A stretch of 63,867 nucleotides of DNA, filler included, from Klebsormidium nitens (GCA_000708835.1; 5 parts of 5 records of this genome joined end to end with filler, not necessarily neighbours in it), one strand, 5' to 3'. Positions 37,218-54,420 are shown, numbered from the whole stretch's first letter. Notes: generated from the sequence alone by a model not told the origin. Translations and numbers: made by a program.

Positions 37218-40200
37218 ATGGCTGCCCACATTGTTGAGAAGGCACACGCCCGGGTGGGGTTTCTTGGAAATCCAAGTGACGGATATTTCGGCAAGACAAT
37301 CTCTTTTCTTCTGCAGAATTTCAGTGCGACCGTGAGATTGGAACCCTCAGACACCTTGAGATTTGTTCCTTCGCTGGAGCACGATCCACAAGAGTTTCTT
37401 TCGCTTGAAGCGTTGGTGAGCTTTCCTTTACACCACTACTTTCCCTCCTTGCTTCTAAAGAGTTTTGCCGACGGTCAAGTGATCTATGAAAGGGACCCTC
37501 TTCCAAACTCCTTATACAAACAAAGCAAAATTTCAATGTAGCTCTGCTAGTACATTTCGACGCCTGTAGGCCTGAAGATAAGACATCGTGGCACAAGTTG
37601 TGTAGGCAGCTCAGTGTGTTTGCAGTTACAGTGTACAGAGCTTAGCTGCAATTGGTGCAGCTTGATCAAGATTGGCTTTTATCGACTGACTTTGAGGAAT
37701 GCAAAGAACCCCATGGCAGCTGGTGGTGTGATCCAATCGTTGCAGCCATTTTTTTTTACAAGAACAGTTGAAAGTAGGACGTAACTTGGTGGTGAGCTTG
37801 ACCTCCATGTAACCACTTTCGAGCGTTGCGTGTTGACCATGGCACCATCTACTGTTGCCTGATGCCAATTCTCTCTGGTGCTTGTCGCGAGGACAGGCTG
37901 TCCGAGCTCGAACAGAAGGATACTATGGTGGTATACGCCTGCTGATGGCCATATGTGCCAGGTTCCATCAGTACTGCAGCGAGAAGCATATCAACCTGCC
38001 TCCTAAGGGCAACTTCACTCTTGCTTATGATACAAACATCCCCAGGCAGGTAAGCAAGCACCAGCATTACGTTATTGAGATCTGTCCTTGGCAATTGACC
38101 ACACATCTGCACCTCCCAGTTGCGCAGACCAATAGCAGATGACATGCACTTTGGCGGACTGTTAAATACTCGGCAATTACTTTGCAGTATGAGTAAGATG
38201 ACTCCTGAAGGAACAGATTGTCTGGAAAGAGATAAGCATAACTTCCGTCAGATATCTGTACTTGGCAGCTGCACCTTCCAGTTGCAGTCCAATGGCTATT
38301 GACATGCTTTGAGCAAGCGCCTCGTTTTCGAGGACCGTTTGCAAAGTCGGTTCCAGCCAATCTAAGTTGCACTATGGGTAGTTGACTAATAGATGGACCT
38401 ATGGTCTGTAAGGCACCTATAGCGGAGATGAATGATTGCGAGGTAGATGCTGCTTTCTTTGCAGGCGGGTCTATCAGGTTCAAGTGCGATCATCTGTGCC
38501 ACCCTGAGCTGCTTGATGAGATTCTACGAAGTAGAGGACCGCATCCCATGGGATGATCGCCCCAGTCTCATCCTGAGCGCCGAGGCGGACCTTGGCATCA
38601 CCGCTGGGCTGCAGGACAGGGTCATCCAGGTAAAGTTGCTGTCAAGATTCTGGAAAGCTGCCTGATGCCTCTATGCAATGTGTTATTGCCTCGCGTCATT
38701 CAGCTGTAATACCTAGTTTGCACCAATCTGGATGGTCCGTGGGAACGTCCATCCGATATGTGACTTCCAAGCTGCTTTACTTACTGCACAGTATTGGGGT
38801 CTGATCCATCATTCCCATGATACTCATTCTTTGTGCTCGAGTCTCCCAACCCAAGCTCGTCTCACGCTGTTTCCTCTTGCCTTTCCTGCAGGTTTATGGC
38901 GGCCTGGTATACATGGTAAATCCCAATTCTAAAGTGACTTGACTATTGCAGGGGTGTCGAAGGAACTTCCTGGGTCTGTGCATCAAGACTTAGCGTGATC
39001 GCAGCTTCCCTGTTCATGATGGGCTCTTACATCTTGTGCTTTTCGAGTTCCCAGCTGGCCAGAAATGCGAGATTCTAAAGATTCCATCCAATTGGTAACA
39101 AACCGTTATACATCCCCGCTGCTTGAGGGCACGTGCTTTGGAAAAATGTTCAATGTGGTCCTGAGAACCAAACTTCCCTCCATAGGCCACGTGCTCTACC
39201 ATTTCAGGACTTTGAGCGAGAGCATCTTGCGAAGACTGGGAATGGAATCTACACGCCTTTAGACCCGGCTCTTTTACCAGCGCTTCAACTCATCTACGCT
39301 CGTAACCCCAGCGACTCTGGTAAGGTGAGGCTCCAACGATGGCTGTTGCTCACAGATCTTGAAATCCACGAATCGAATATACTTTGCTTGGACGAAGACC
39401 TCTGCACATGTACCGGTGGGAAGCTTCCTCAGAGAGAGACAGAGCTGATTTGAACACGTTTGAATGACGCTTAGGGCAGTGACAAATTCTGAATCAATCG
39501 CCTGATGTAGCTTAGGGCGCTGACCTTCTGCAGATAAGCGGCAGCAAGGATGGCACGAGGCAGAAGACCTGCACACGGGGCGTATTGATTCCGTTACCCG
39601 ATGAGGGCTGACGGGAACTGTATTGCAAGAGCAGGAGTTCGATCTTTGTGCACTCGAATCTCTGAATTCCAATACGGGATTTTAGCTCGTGCGACACCAT
39701 TGCCCCTGAGCAGGTGTCGCACAGGTGGCAGGATTTGCCCGATGCTCCATCGAGCAGCATACTGCGTCCCTTAATGGTCAAATTCCCCTTCCAGGGCATT
39801 CCCAAGGCCACCCTACTCTCACAAATTCGGTGTTTCCGGACATGGATCGCACCCATCGCAGAACAAGTTTGGGCCCGCAACTAACTTTGGAAGAGATGAG
39901 CGTGCTTTAAGGATTCGCAACACAACGCTTGTTTCTGACAGGTGCACAGTACGGTCAAGAAAAGGTGGCTGGAAGGTGACCTTGGGATCCGGACCGCAAT
40001 GGAAGAAGTCGCATCGATTGCGGAGGAAGGAAGAGAAGCATTGGAGAAGGGCGACCATAAGGCGATTGCTGAGCTTATGAATCGAAACTTCGATCTACGG
40101 AGGTGAATTCATAGAACCCGTGCTTGCCAGACGCATGATGAACAAAACTCTCGGCTCTCACGCTTCGAACTCTCGACGCGCAAAAAGCTCAGCCTTTTCC

Positions 40201-40836
40201 TTCGACTACAACCCCGCCACTTGTGAGCATGATGACCGATTCTTTCTCTGGATTGACTACAGCTAAGGTGTCTTACTTTTATGAACCACAAAGAACAGAT
40301 ATTCGCTGTCGAGTGTGATATTTCGTGTTGCTTGTCTCCAATGACACCTTTCCGAAAAGACAAGTTGTATGCGCTGCCTGGTACTCAAAGCTTTTCTCTC
40401 CGCCTGACGCTTCAGCTCGCTGTCAGGAGGAAAGAAGCACGAAACTGGTCATTCCTCACAGGCGGTAGATCGGTCCGCATCTTGATCGTCGCGGGGTCAA
40501 AATGCCCAGTGGACGAGTGGATAGCATTTTGAAACGTCCTGCGCTTTTCCTTTCAGGCAAATGTTTGGAGATGAGGCTTTAGGCGCGATGAACATCGACA
40601 TGGTGATGACAGCCCGGTCGGTTGGAGCAGCAGCCAAGTTCACGGGCAGCGGAGGGGCGGTCGTGGCGTTTTGCCCGCAAGGTTCGGATCAAGTGAAAAG
40701 GCTGTCAGAAGCATGTGACAAGAAGGGCTTTACTATGGCACCAATCCAGGTGGCCCCTTCGAACGTCCAGGGCGATAACGTCGTTGCAATGGGGGAAGTT
40801 TGCAAGAGCTTCGTGGATCGAGACACTGGTGCTTGA
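37218..40836 (+). CDS. GLCAK: Glucuronokinase (GHMP kinase family), 7 exons, 365 aa
   Basis: Exons 37218-37415, 37897-38049, 38465-38629, 38892-38915, 39208-39324, 39942-40102 and 40557-40836. Motifs [35 protein letters not shown]|[20 protein letters not shown]|[15 protein letters not shown]|VHSTV and AKFTGSGGA. Confidence 0.95.
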
Positions 40837-41639
40837 GAAGAACTCTGATGGCTGACATCCTTCTTCAGAACCATTCTATCTTGGATCGAGGGAAAGCGGA
40901 CACCGTGTCGCAAATCATGTACCTTTCGTGACCAGAGAGGTCCGATCACAATCCACTGACGCAGATGCACTGCTATCGTCACGCGCGCGTCAGCTAAGCT
41001 CAGCTATTCATACCGGAACCAAGTGTCGGGCAAGTTACATAACAGATTTTGGATCGATCGCGCCCGATCCAGGTACGTATTGCTGTGATCTATTCAAATG
41101 ATCATTCGGTACATGCAATAGTATGTGTCATTTGGGCGCGTCGGGACTTCATAGGAGGTATGAGACTCGAGAGATATAGCCAGTCCGGGTTTTATAGCAC
41201 ACCTTGAATCGTGTGTACGGGCAACCTCATGGTGCATTTAATCATGGCATTCGAGGGCAACGGTGCATGATTCGAACATGCATGGGCACTTGATGCAGAT
41301 CTAATGATCATGCCGGCCACGTTGCATTGAGTGCCAGGCTGAGCCTGTGATCGACTCACATATGCTTTTAAGTCAAAAAACCATCATGTGATCGCGAATT
41401 CAAGTGATTGGCAGCCCAGGCGCATGCGGGGCGGCACAATGTTGCCATGCGTGCCTCACTGACTTCAACAAGTCATCATCGAGCGCAAAGTTGTTTTGCA
41501 AACACACTGAGGAACACAAAACCGCAGGCTTAACGCGGCTCCACGTTGAATAGTTGCCACTTTGATTCACCAGCGTCACCTTCGCGGCGTCCATTTGATT
41601 GACAAGTATTCTTTGCCATATGTACAATCATGATCGGGG

Positions 41640-45287
<3,648 letters not shown>

Positions 45288-45982
45288 GGTCGCGGTTGCT
45301 GGAAACGCCTCCAGGTCTACCACAATGATATCTGTTGGTTCTCCATTGCCTGCCGCCGCCTGATTGGCATGCAAAGGCAAAGCTTTCTGCAAAGGTTTAT
45401 TCCGCGTTGCAGCAGGCTTTCCTCTTAGCTAGTGAGAATTAGGGTTCGGCCATTCCGGCGCTGGTGCGGAGCTCCGCTCAGAGTCGTAGGCGCAGCGGCA
45501 TAAAGAAATTCCGCAAAGAAGGCAAGCTCATCGCACCGTCCAAAGTATACCACGTGAAACGATCTACGATGAAGCATTGCCAGAGGCGCTTTTCAAATGT
45601 CTCCCGCAGATGCTTGCTGGCGTCGCTCGGGAACTGCGAATTAGTTGCCAAACTTTGAGGTCGGTGGAGGACGCTCCACAAGTAGCTTCTGAGTGCTTCT
45701 CGACGAATCGAACCGTCGATTGCTTGAGGATCCTCACATCTACCGCCGATCGATACTATAGTAATAGTAACACCCAACCCTAATCTGGATTCCCCGAGGG
45801 AAAGAGGCACGACCTGTCAAGTTCCTTGCGACAACGGTGCTGAACTGTTACCAAGGCGTGGGAATGGTTCCTTTACGTGCTGGTAATGGCTTCCCCTTCA
45901 AATTCTAAAATTCAAAACGGGTTCAAGTTCTCCTGGACCTCAGAAGCAGCCGCGCTAGCTACGGTACACGCCCCTGACTGGC

Positions 45983-48900
45983 ATGGCAACAGGAGGTCTC
46001 GTCCCCAACGCTCCTGGAGGGGTTGGGGGTTCCACAGCAGAAGCAGCTGCTAAGCTGGATGCTAATGACAGGAAACGTTCTGGGGATGACACATTTGAGG
46101 GAGACGTAGAAAGGCGGGTGAGGCCCAAGGTGAATTTGCCTCTGGGGTCTCCAGACCAGGGGCTGGAAGAAGCAGATGGGGAGTCTCAGGAGGAGCTGGA
46201 CACGCGGCTGAGGGCCCTCGTGGAAGTTGCTTCTCAGCGCAAGGGCGACGTAAGTGTGCGGAGACTTGCTTTCTGCTGCAAGGTCAAGCGTGTCATCTCA
46301 TGTCTCACTTCTCATATGCTGCTAAATGTACCTGCGTCGAATATTTGCATTTCACTTATTTTACCGTGTGTTCTTTTGCAGAGCCCGCTTCCCGAGCCCC
46401 CCCGCAGCCTCTTCCAGGGCGCTCTCCCCATCCCTTATGGGTCAGCAGCCCCGCCTGCCCCGGCATCTTTGAGTCAACCCACCCAAGAAGCGCTTGGGCT
46501 GGGCAGAACAGGGGAGTACGGGGGAGCTCAACCTGCAAGGGCCTCAGGAGGAGATAACTTGGCCGACGGCTCCTGGTCAGGCCCCCCGGATGGGCCGCAC
46601 AGGCTGGCTGCTGCGGGCCAGCCTCTTCTTCCTCGGGAGCATGTTTTACCGCAGCAGCTGCTTCACCCTGAGCTGCACTCAGAACAGCCGCACGCCCTTC
46701 GGGCGACAGACTCTCTGAGTGCAGAAGAAGGCGTCCCGATGGAGCGCACAGAGCAGTTCGGCGAGGGGGAAGATGGGGAGGGGGGCATGCAGATGGAGGA
46801 GGAGGCGGAGCACGGGTTTGGGCCCTCGCACGGGTTTGGGGCCCATCCCGAGCAAATGTATGGGGAGTATGCAGAGCACGGGCAGTATGTGGTGCACCAG
46901 CAGTATGCTACTGAGGAGGCGCAGCAGCTGGCAGAGCACGCAGGTTAGGCATCCGCATCTGAGACTGGATTGACAAGCCATGTGGAGTTTCTAAGTCACA
47001 TCCTGATGGGACTTCAGGCACATAATGTAGGGATGCAGGCTAGGGACAAAGTGAGTGATGGCTTGTTGTTGCCCCTTCTGTGGACCAACATCCACAAATG
47101 TGGATAGTTGTTCGAGTACGTCTGGCTCTTGCAGTGTAATCACCCGGCCCGGGGGCAGGTGTTGGAGTAGGAGTGAAAGATTGTGCCAATGTGCATACAA
47201 GTTTCAATCACTCTTCTTAGCTCCTCTCGCTCTCAAATCCAGAATGAAAAGCTCACTTCGTCTATTGTGCCTGAAACCATAACACGAAGAGGCCTTTTAT
47301 GGCTGCCCCCTGCACGTCTGATCCACCCTCCTCCGCAGATTGCTCAGACCGGGTTATGTGCTGTGTAGTGCAATGTTCTTTCCAAAGCACCGGTTGTCCC
47401 CTACTGCCCTTGCGGCTTGGACCTTCGCTTCTTTAACTTGAAGTCCTGAAACCCCTTTTTTTGTGTGTTCTGTTGATGACCACTGCATGGGTCCACGTTC
47501 TTATTGGTGTCAACTTGCCCCTAACCCCGGTACTTAACCCCTGGTTTAATGTGCCCCAGGTTTTGGAGGGGGCCACATGGAGCAGGAGGAGGACGAGGGC
47601 GCGCTGGCTGCGTTGGACCTGGTGGAGGTAGGTTTCCCGCGCAGCAGCGTGGAGGAGCTGCAGACGCTGCCGCAGCACGACCTCATCACGCGTGTGCTCG
47701 ACCTTGAGGAGCGCATCTCTGCCGTCGTGCGCGAGAAGCAGCTCGAGGCCGCCGCGCGCCAGGAGGCCGAGGACAACGCCGCACGCTACGCAGGTGCGCT
47801 GCAGGCTGTCCTTTGCCCTTCAAAAGAGCCCTTGTTGAACATTCAAGTGGCATCTCAGCAATAGAAGGGTGGCGCTTGTTGTTGCTGACTTGTTTTGCAA
47901 AGCTGCTGCGGTTCACTAAAACCTTTCAGTGAGGTCCAGGGTCTTGCACATTGTTTGCTGGAAACTGGTTAAAGCTCGGCAAGAACCAGTCATCGACAAC
48001 TCAAGAGCTACACCTCTCTTCTCTTGGCTTGTTCCCTGGTCATGATCCGACGCTGATAGGGAGATCTGCCACCACCGGGGGCGAAAGAGTTTGATCCGAT
48101 TGTCACACCATATACTGAATGCATCTGATACAAAGCTTGCCCATAAATATACCTTTCTTCGCACTAAACCTCGTTTCCTTTTTCTCCAGAGGAGAGCCAG
48201 CAGCTGCGGCAGGTGGTGCGCGAGAAGAACGGCTACAAGAAGGGCGTGCTCCAGGAGATGGCGGCCCTGGAAGCGCCCCCGCCGGGCCACGCGCAGATTG
48301 CGGGCCGCTTCACCATCACAAGGGAGAGTTCGCCAGGGGGGGGCCTGCGCTTGGAAAAGGGCAACAAGGGCAAGAGCAAATCTCACTCCCCAGTCAAGGA
48401 GAAGTGGAAGGCTGAGTGGAAGAAGGCCGCTTCTCGTAGTCAGTACGTTCCTTCTGCCAGCCAGATGGGAGGGGAGGAGTACGGGGATGCGGGCGTAGAG
48501 GGGCTGAGGCAGCCTGAGAGAGTGAAGGGCATCCGGAGCAGGAAGGTGGGGCCAGCGCAGGCAACACCCGCGAGCAAGCTGCTGGCGATCCTGGGGGCGG
48601 AGCCTGATACGGGGCCGCAAGGTGGGGCGCCTATTTCTCTCAAATTGGTTTCGAAATGTGACAAACTTGGTTGGACTGATACGTGAGTGAAGCAGATAGG
48701 GTCTTCAGGTCCGTTCGAAGCGCTTTGTGCCGTTCCCACACAAGAGGTGTCCCCATGAGATACGTTTCAGGGGGTCGTTCGGAGTTGTTGTTTTAGTGCC
48801 ACAACTTCGTCATTTGAGTTGGTTCGTGCAAGTGTTTCTGACGGGAATCATAATGACTCGGGAAATTGAGCGCTGTATTTTCCCGGACTTTTTGAGGCAC

Positions 48901-50115
48901 ACCAGTGCTCTTTCAACTGTGCGGGCCTAAGCTAGCTGTACTTAAAGACAACACGCACCTTTGATATCTTTCGATCGACGAATGCAAGCCTGCCTAAAGA
49001 TTGCTTTTTTGCTTGAGAGCGCCTTTCAGGCTCTCTTGTCTCACTCCCAATAGATAATATGCAATGAATCTTTTTTGCAGGTCACGGGCCCTCAACCGTT
49101 TCAGTCTGAGCGTCCGCCGTTTGTCCTCTTTCCCTCCCGTCAACCGACACCCACCCTTCCTCTGTCGTGTCGAATTCGCCAGGATCTTCTTATCCACTCC
49201 GTTTGCCCCGCTTCCCACAGATGACGACGAGGACGAGGATGACAACGACGACCGCAGCGACGAGGAGTATGTGGCACCACCCTCCCCAGCGCCGCGGCCA
49301 ATTGCGCCTGCGGGCCCCTCCCCAGCACGCACGTCGCGCGCCGAGTCGACGGTGGGCCTGGAGGACCTGAGCGAGTTTCTGCGCACGTGCTGCCAGGCGA
49401 AGCAGACGGGCCACATGACGCTGCACCGCGTGCTCTGGTACACCTACCTCGCGTGGCGCCAAAAGATCGCCTCGCCGCGCCCCTCCGTCTCCAGCGGCGG
49501 CGTCGGCCTCAGCCAGTGCATGCAGAAGCTCGGGCACCGGGAACGGCTGTTCACGCGCGAAATTCAGGTGGGTGGGCTGGAGTGCGCAAAGCGTTTCGTT
49601 GTTCAGATTTGCCCACAAAGAGTTGTTTCGTAGGCTTTGCCGTATCCTTTGTTGGGGGTCGGCAGCTATCGGCCTGCTGTTTCGTTGCGACCTCCTTTCT
49701 TGGAGGAGACAAGGCTGTGTTAGCCTTCGAAAGTCGGAGCTGTCGTTTCTGAGAAAGTCTTGCAGACGAAGTACTGGGTTACTTACATGAATCAACAGGT
49801 TTTGCAGGCTTGTCAGATTGCATCAAACACCAAGTTCATAAAAGCAAGTTCCGTTGCTAAACAGAAGGTCTCTCCGACGTCGTGCAGGCCAAGAAGGCTG
49901 GGTGCAAGGGCTACGAGGGCGGCGGCAAGTACTGGATGGGCCTGGTGGTGCTGGACAAGGCGCTGGTAAAGACGGGCCGCCAATGGCTCGCTAAGGCCAA
50001 GCGCACGGGCGGCAGCAACCGGGTCACCTTCTCCCGGGACTCTGCCTCAATAAAAGTCAAAGCCAGCGAGCCTGCCGACGAAGAGGACAATGACGAAGAT
50101 GCTGCAGAAGTATAG
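45983..50115 (+). CDS. Hypothetical protein (~689 aa): low-complexity N-terminus, coiled coil, and C-terminal RFX/D5-like winged-helix domain; 6 exons
   Basis: Phase-consistent exons: 45983-46249, 46382-46943, 47560-47793, 48190-48621, 49221-49567, 49888-50115. C-terminal segment LSEFLRTCC...LWYTYLAW...LSQCMQKLG...GKYWMGLVVL. Confidence 0.75.
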
Positions 50116-50906
50116 GCTAATTGGCCTTTGCGTCGTCGGGGTTTAGTGGACATGTCCGGTGGGACCCTATCCTCAGTAAAGAGGATGGGTGTATAGTCGT
50201 ATCAGTGATTGAAAAGGTGGGCTTGGCGGCTTGTTGGAGGGACGGCAGAAGAACGGCCGCGAGTTTTGCAGGCATGATGCGCTGCCGTTCCTCCAATAGA
50301 GTCAGGAAGTCAAGGATCGTTTTGCCCGTTGTTTTAGCAACGTAGTTTAGAAAACTATATCCTTTGCAAGGTCCTGACGAGAAGGGCCTTGAGACGAGGT
50401 TCCTTGTGGCCGAAGTCCCGTCTAGTTTGGTTCAAAGTTACCGTTGTCTCCATATTTGCTGCTTCGTCCCGTGTAAGGAGGCATGAGGGCGCTTACATAT
50501 CGATGTTTCAGCTCTTGTGGTTCTCTGTGGAAGCGCTGCAGCCCTTGTATGTTTTTTAAGGGAGGAAGAGGTACGAAGTTACAATGCTCACTCGTCCAGA
50601 GCTTCCGTCGAGAACAATTTGAGGCAGCTAGGTTAGCTGCAGTGACGCGACAAACAACGGGCTTAGTTTTGCTATACAATCAAAGCGTACAAATGCAGAT
50701 GATTGCATGCACATGTGACCATGTACGCATGAGTTATATGCAAATACGCAATAACATTCGAGCCGTGCACATGATGCATAACCAAGCCGGATTGACCATA
50801 TGTATAATTCTCATTTCCGCTGCGCATTACCCGGTGACGTACTGCGCGGTCGTGAATCTTTGTTTCCGCAGGCGGGGCTGCCGGTTGCCGCTTTTGCTCG
50901 GGCCGC

Positions 50907-51630
50907 CATAGCGTTCTAGAAGTAGCTTGGGGACATGCCCCTAACTCAGCCCGGTTGCTTGATGGAGAAGTGGTCAGGGAATTTGGATGAGATTCGTTTG
51001 CAGGATAAGGTTCGGAAGCAGTGTTGGGGGCGGCCGAGCTCCGAACCCAAGCACTGGGGAACAAAATAGCACCCGACCACTGTACCGACCAGCAATGCAT
51101 ATAGCAAATAGACTCAGAGCCTACCGTCGGTAAACTTTTTACTGTGCCGTTCGCGACCGGCCTACCTCAAATCACAGCCAACAAATTGAATCGATACCGG
51201 CCTCTACGAGTCATCGCGCGTTGGTCTACAAATTGCGTGTCAACGTCAAATCATATTAACATAGACCGCAGAGGCTGAACTCCGCGACCGTACGGTACCG
51301 GTTTTCGGTCTGACAGGTTTAGACCGCAGATATACTTGGCGGGCTTTCCGCGCGACGTGTGGCACAAATTTGATATCATGCTCGTGCGGCTGTACGGTCC
51401 TTGCACACTGTGCACGTGCAGCCACACTGTGCACGCTCAGACCGTTTTTGCCCGCGATTGACACTAGTTCTTCACTCCAGCTTGGCTGAGGCACATTTTG
51501 ACCGTCGATGAAGATCTGGACGGCCAAAACAGCCTTATCCTGCACCGAGATCAATTTTGAGATCTGCAGTGGTGGCTTCTACGGCCTCCAAGTTAGGGGC
51601 ATGTCCGCACGCTCCTTCTAGAACGCTATG
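50907..51630. mobile_element. MITE-like or fold-back element (~720 bp) with long imperfect terminal inverted repeats
   Basis: CATAGCGTTCTAGAAGTAGCTTGGGGACATGCCCCTAAC (50907-50945) matches the reverse complement at 51592-51630 with 3 mismatches in 39 bp. An inner pair TGCAGGATAAGG (~50998) / CCTTATCCTGCA (~51534) extends the symmetry. Confidence 0.6.
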
Positions 51631-51890
51631 CGCCCTAGCTAGATCCATGGAGCTACTGATTATTGAGGCAGAGCTCTCGGCATGCATTATTCAGGCCAGC
51701 AATATATTCCGAATGTGCTCGACCATTTCAGGCGCCTGCCTGCTCGTGAGCGGCCCGCATGCTAACCGAACTTCTGCGCACTTGAAGGCCTGACTGCTGG
51801 TTTTATCTTGGTACTGTCCTGGGACCTCCTATCCTATCACTCATATGTACACGTGGGGACTCCAAACACATAGCTAGGTTGTTTCGTCAT

Positions 51891-51990
51891 NNNNNNNNNN
51901 NNNNNNNNNNNNNNNNNNNNNNNNNNNNNNNNNNTTAATTAATTAANNNNNNNNNNNNNNNNNNNNNNNNNNNNNNNNNNNNNNNNNNNN
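51891..51990. other. Artificial contig linker
   Basis: 44N-TTAATTAATTAA-44N. Confidence 0.97.
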
Positions 51991-53189
51991 GTTACAATTC
52001 TAGTAACATCGATAGCTGAAAAGTGCAGTAATTACACAGAGACGTGACACGTCCATCGGGCTGTAAAATCTGAGATTAATCCTGATTCCTCAGTCTTGGA
52101 TTGGGGTCGTCGGATTATGATGACGTAAGCTAACTACTCGAGATCGTTGATTCGTTTGTTCTTGCTAATTATATCTGCGATCTACAATTGGAAGGTTGGG
52201 TGCACAAACACCAGATGGATTTACGGGTGTACAAGGGGAGAATTCAACCCGCAAGTCCTGCAACGCGGCGCGTAAATATAAAGATGTATTAAAAAGTACC
52301 CAACATTTTTCCAATTAGAGGGTCTGTAATATGTATACAGCGGTAGTTTTGCACCGGTCGAGGACAAATCATCGATTGAAAATGGCCCGTCTTTCCCGGA
52401 GCTAATGATTGACTTGTAATGTACATTCGTGGGATGTACCAACTGTACTTGGTACCGGGGTAGAATAACATGGGATCTGCGCTATAACGATACCAGGCGG
52501 GTCGCCGGATCTAGATTTGGGCCGTTCTGATAGCGCATTGGCTCCGGTATTCATGGCTCTTGGAAGTCGCGATCGGGACATCGGACGGTGACAGTCTAGC
52601 GGTGTCCAATTGAGCGGCGTCATGCTGACGCAATCATGACAATGGCGGCCAAGCTTAGCGAGCTCTCTCCTTGGACCTAGGTTGCTAGGACCTAGCGGCG
52701 CTCCTCATGGTGACCAAGATACATGTAATTGAAACATTGTAGGTTGTAATGAATTCAATTTGCAAGCTGTAGAAACTTTCCTCAACCCCACTGACATGCT
52801 CATTTACCCCTTTCTACCCCTTGTACCAAGGCTGGGAAGTGTATCGTATGGTTTTCGGAAGCGCGAGGAGCTCTTTATTCAGCCCGTGCAGCTAGCTTTC
52901 AGCAGGTTTGGATGCCTTCAGAGAGCATTTTACATGCATTGTAGCAGCTGACAGATGAGTAAGGCATAGAATTCTCACACAAAAAGGTAGCTCTGAGCTT
53001 CGTGATGGTGTGGTCGTGGTGCCACAGCTTGAGCTTCCATGGCTTCCGCAGCCATGGCACCAGCTCAGAGTCGCAACATTCAGCTGGTCCCGCTGAGGGT
53101 TTCGACTTGCGGTCGACGCATAGTCTGTTGTTGAGTAAGTCGTAATGGGCCGTTAGAAACTACGGTATTCCCATATTCGTCCGAATTTT

Positions 53190-53880
53190 TCCTCCCATTA
53201 TTCCGCGGAATATAAGGAGGGAACCGTATTACATATATTACACGGTTTACGGTTGTTTCCTCTTCCTCCCTTTTCTCCGCGGAATATAAGGAGGGAACCG
53301 AAACGGAAGAATCCCGGTTTTGTGACTTAGAATTCTTCAGCTTTTCTTTCAGGGGCATACTACCCCGATTTCGGCCTTCCTCTTCCTCCCTTTTCTCCGC
53401 GGAATATAAGGAGGGAATTGAAACGGAAGAATCCCGGTTTTGTGACTTAGATTTGCAGTTTTCGTGAGGGCTATACTAGCCAAAATTCGCCCTTCCTCCT
53501 CCTCACTTCTCTCGCCGAATTTTCGGAGGAAACGGAAAGCTACAGTTGCGACGGTTTTATGACTTCAAATTTTATGTGCTGTTTCCTGGAGGGGTATACT
53601 ACCCTAATTTCGGCCTTCCTCCTCCTCACTTCTCTTGCCGAATTTTCGGAGGAAACGGAAAGGGAGGAACGACGGTTTTATGACTTCAAATTTTATGTGC
53701 TGTTTCATGGAGGGGTATACTACCCTAATTTCGGCCGTCCTCCTCCCCTTTTTTCTCGCCGAATTTTCGGAGGGAACGGAAAGGAAGGAACGACGGTTTT
53801 ATGACTTAGAATTTATTTTGCAGTTTCCTGGAGGGGTATACTACCCAGAATTCGGCCTTCCTCCTCCTCCTTTTTTTCGC
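53190..53880 (+). repeat. Tandem repeat, ~121-bp units, about 5-6 copies
   Basis: The unit GGGGTATACTACCC.AATTTCGGCCTTCCTCCTCCTC...GGAAACGGAA...CGGTTTT.TGACTT recurs near 53370, 53486, 53609, 53730 and 53851. Confidence 0.92.
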
Positions 53881-54420
53881 CGAAAAGAATGAGGAACCCG
53901 AAATGAGGAGGGAAATGAGGAGGAGGAAGGGCCGAACAACCCTGTATATGGAGAAAAAAGCATAAAATTACAAAGTAAAAAAACAAATCAGGATTTCGGG
54001 GTCCCTTTAGGTGGGTTTTCAACCGTTCCTCCTCCTCCTTTTTTTCGCCGAAAAAAACAAGGAACCCGAAATGAGGAGGAAAATGAGGAGGAGGAAGGGC
54101 CGAACAGCCCTGTATACGGAGAAAAAAACATAATAAATACAAAATAAAAAAACAAATCAGGATTTCGGGGTCCCTTTAGGTGGGTTTTCAACCCTTCCTC
54201 CTCCTCCTTTCTCTCGCCGAAAAAAGGGAGGAGGAGGAAGGGCCGAACAGCCCTGTATATGGGAGAAAAATACATAAAAATACAAAATATAAATAAAAAT
54301 CGTAATTTCGGGGTCCTTTATACAGGTTTTCAAGTTTCAACTCTTCCTCCTCCTCCTTACTCTCGCCGAGAAAAGGGAGGAACCCGAAAAGGAGGAGGAT
54401 GTTTTATGCAGCAATTGAAC
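53881..54420 (+). repeat. Tandem repeat, ~144-168-bp units, about 3 copies, containing the inverted core of the preceding array
   Basis: GAGGAGGAGGAAGGGCCGAACA.CCCTGTATA recurs near 53920, 54088 and 54232, with shared GATTTCGGGGTCCCTTTAGGTGGGTTTTCAAC. Confidence 0.9.

Noticed and set aside
45821-45835. GTTCCTTGCGACAAC as an RFX X-box in the PACRGL/winged-helix intergenic region
   Set aside because: Only the outer GTT...AAC matches and the spacing is off; too weak to call.
53190-54420. CRISPR or coding interpretation of the CCT/GGA-rich arrays
   Set aside because: No spacers, and the ORFs are repeat translations.
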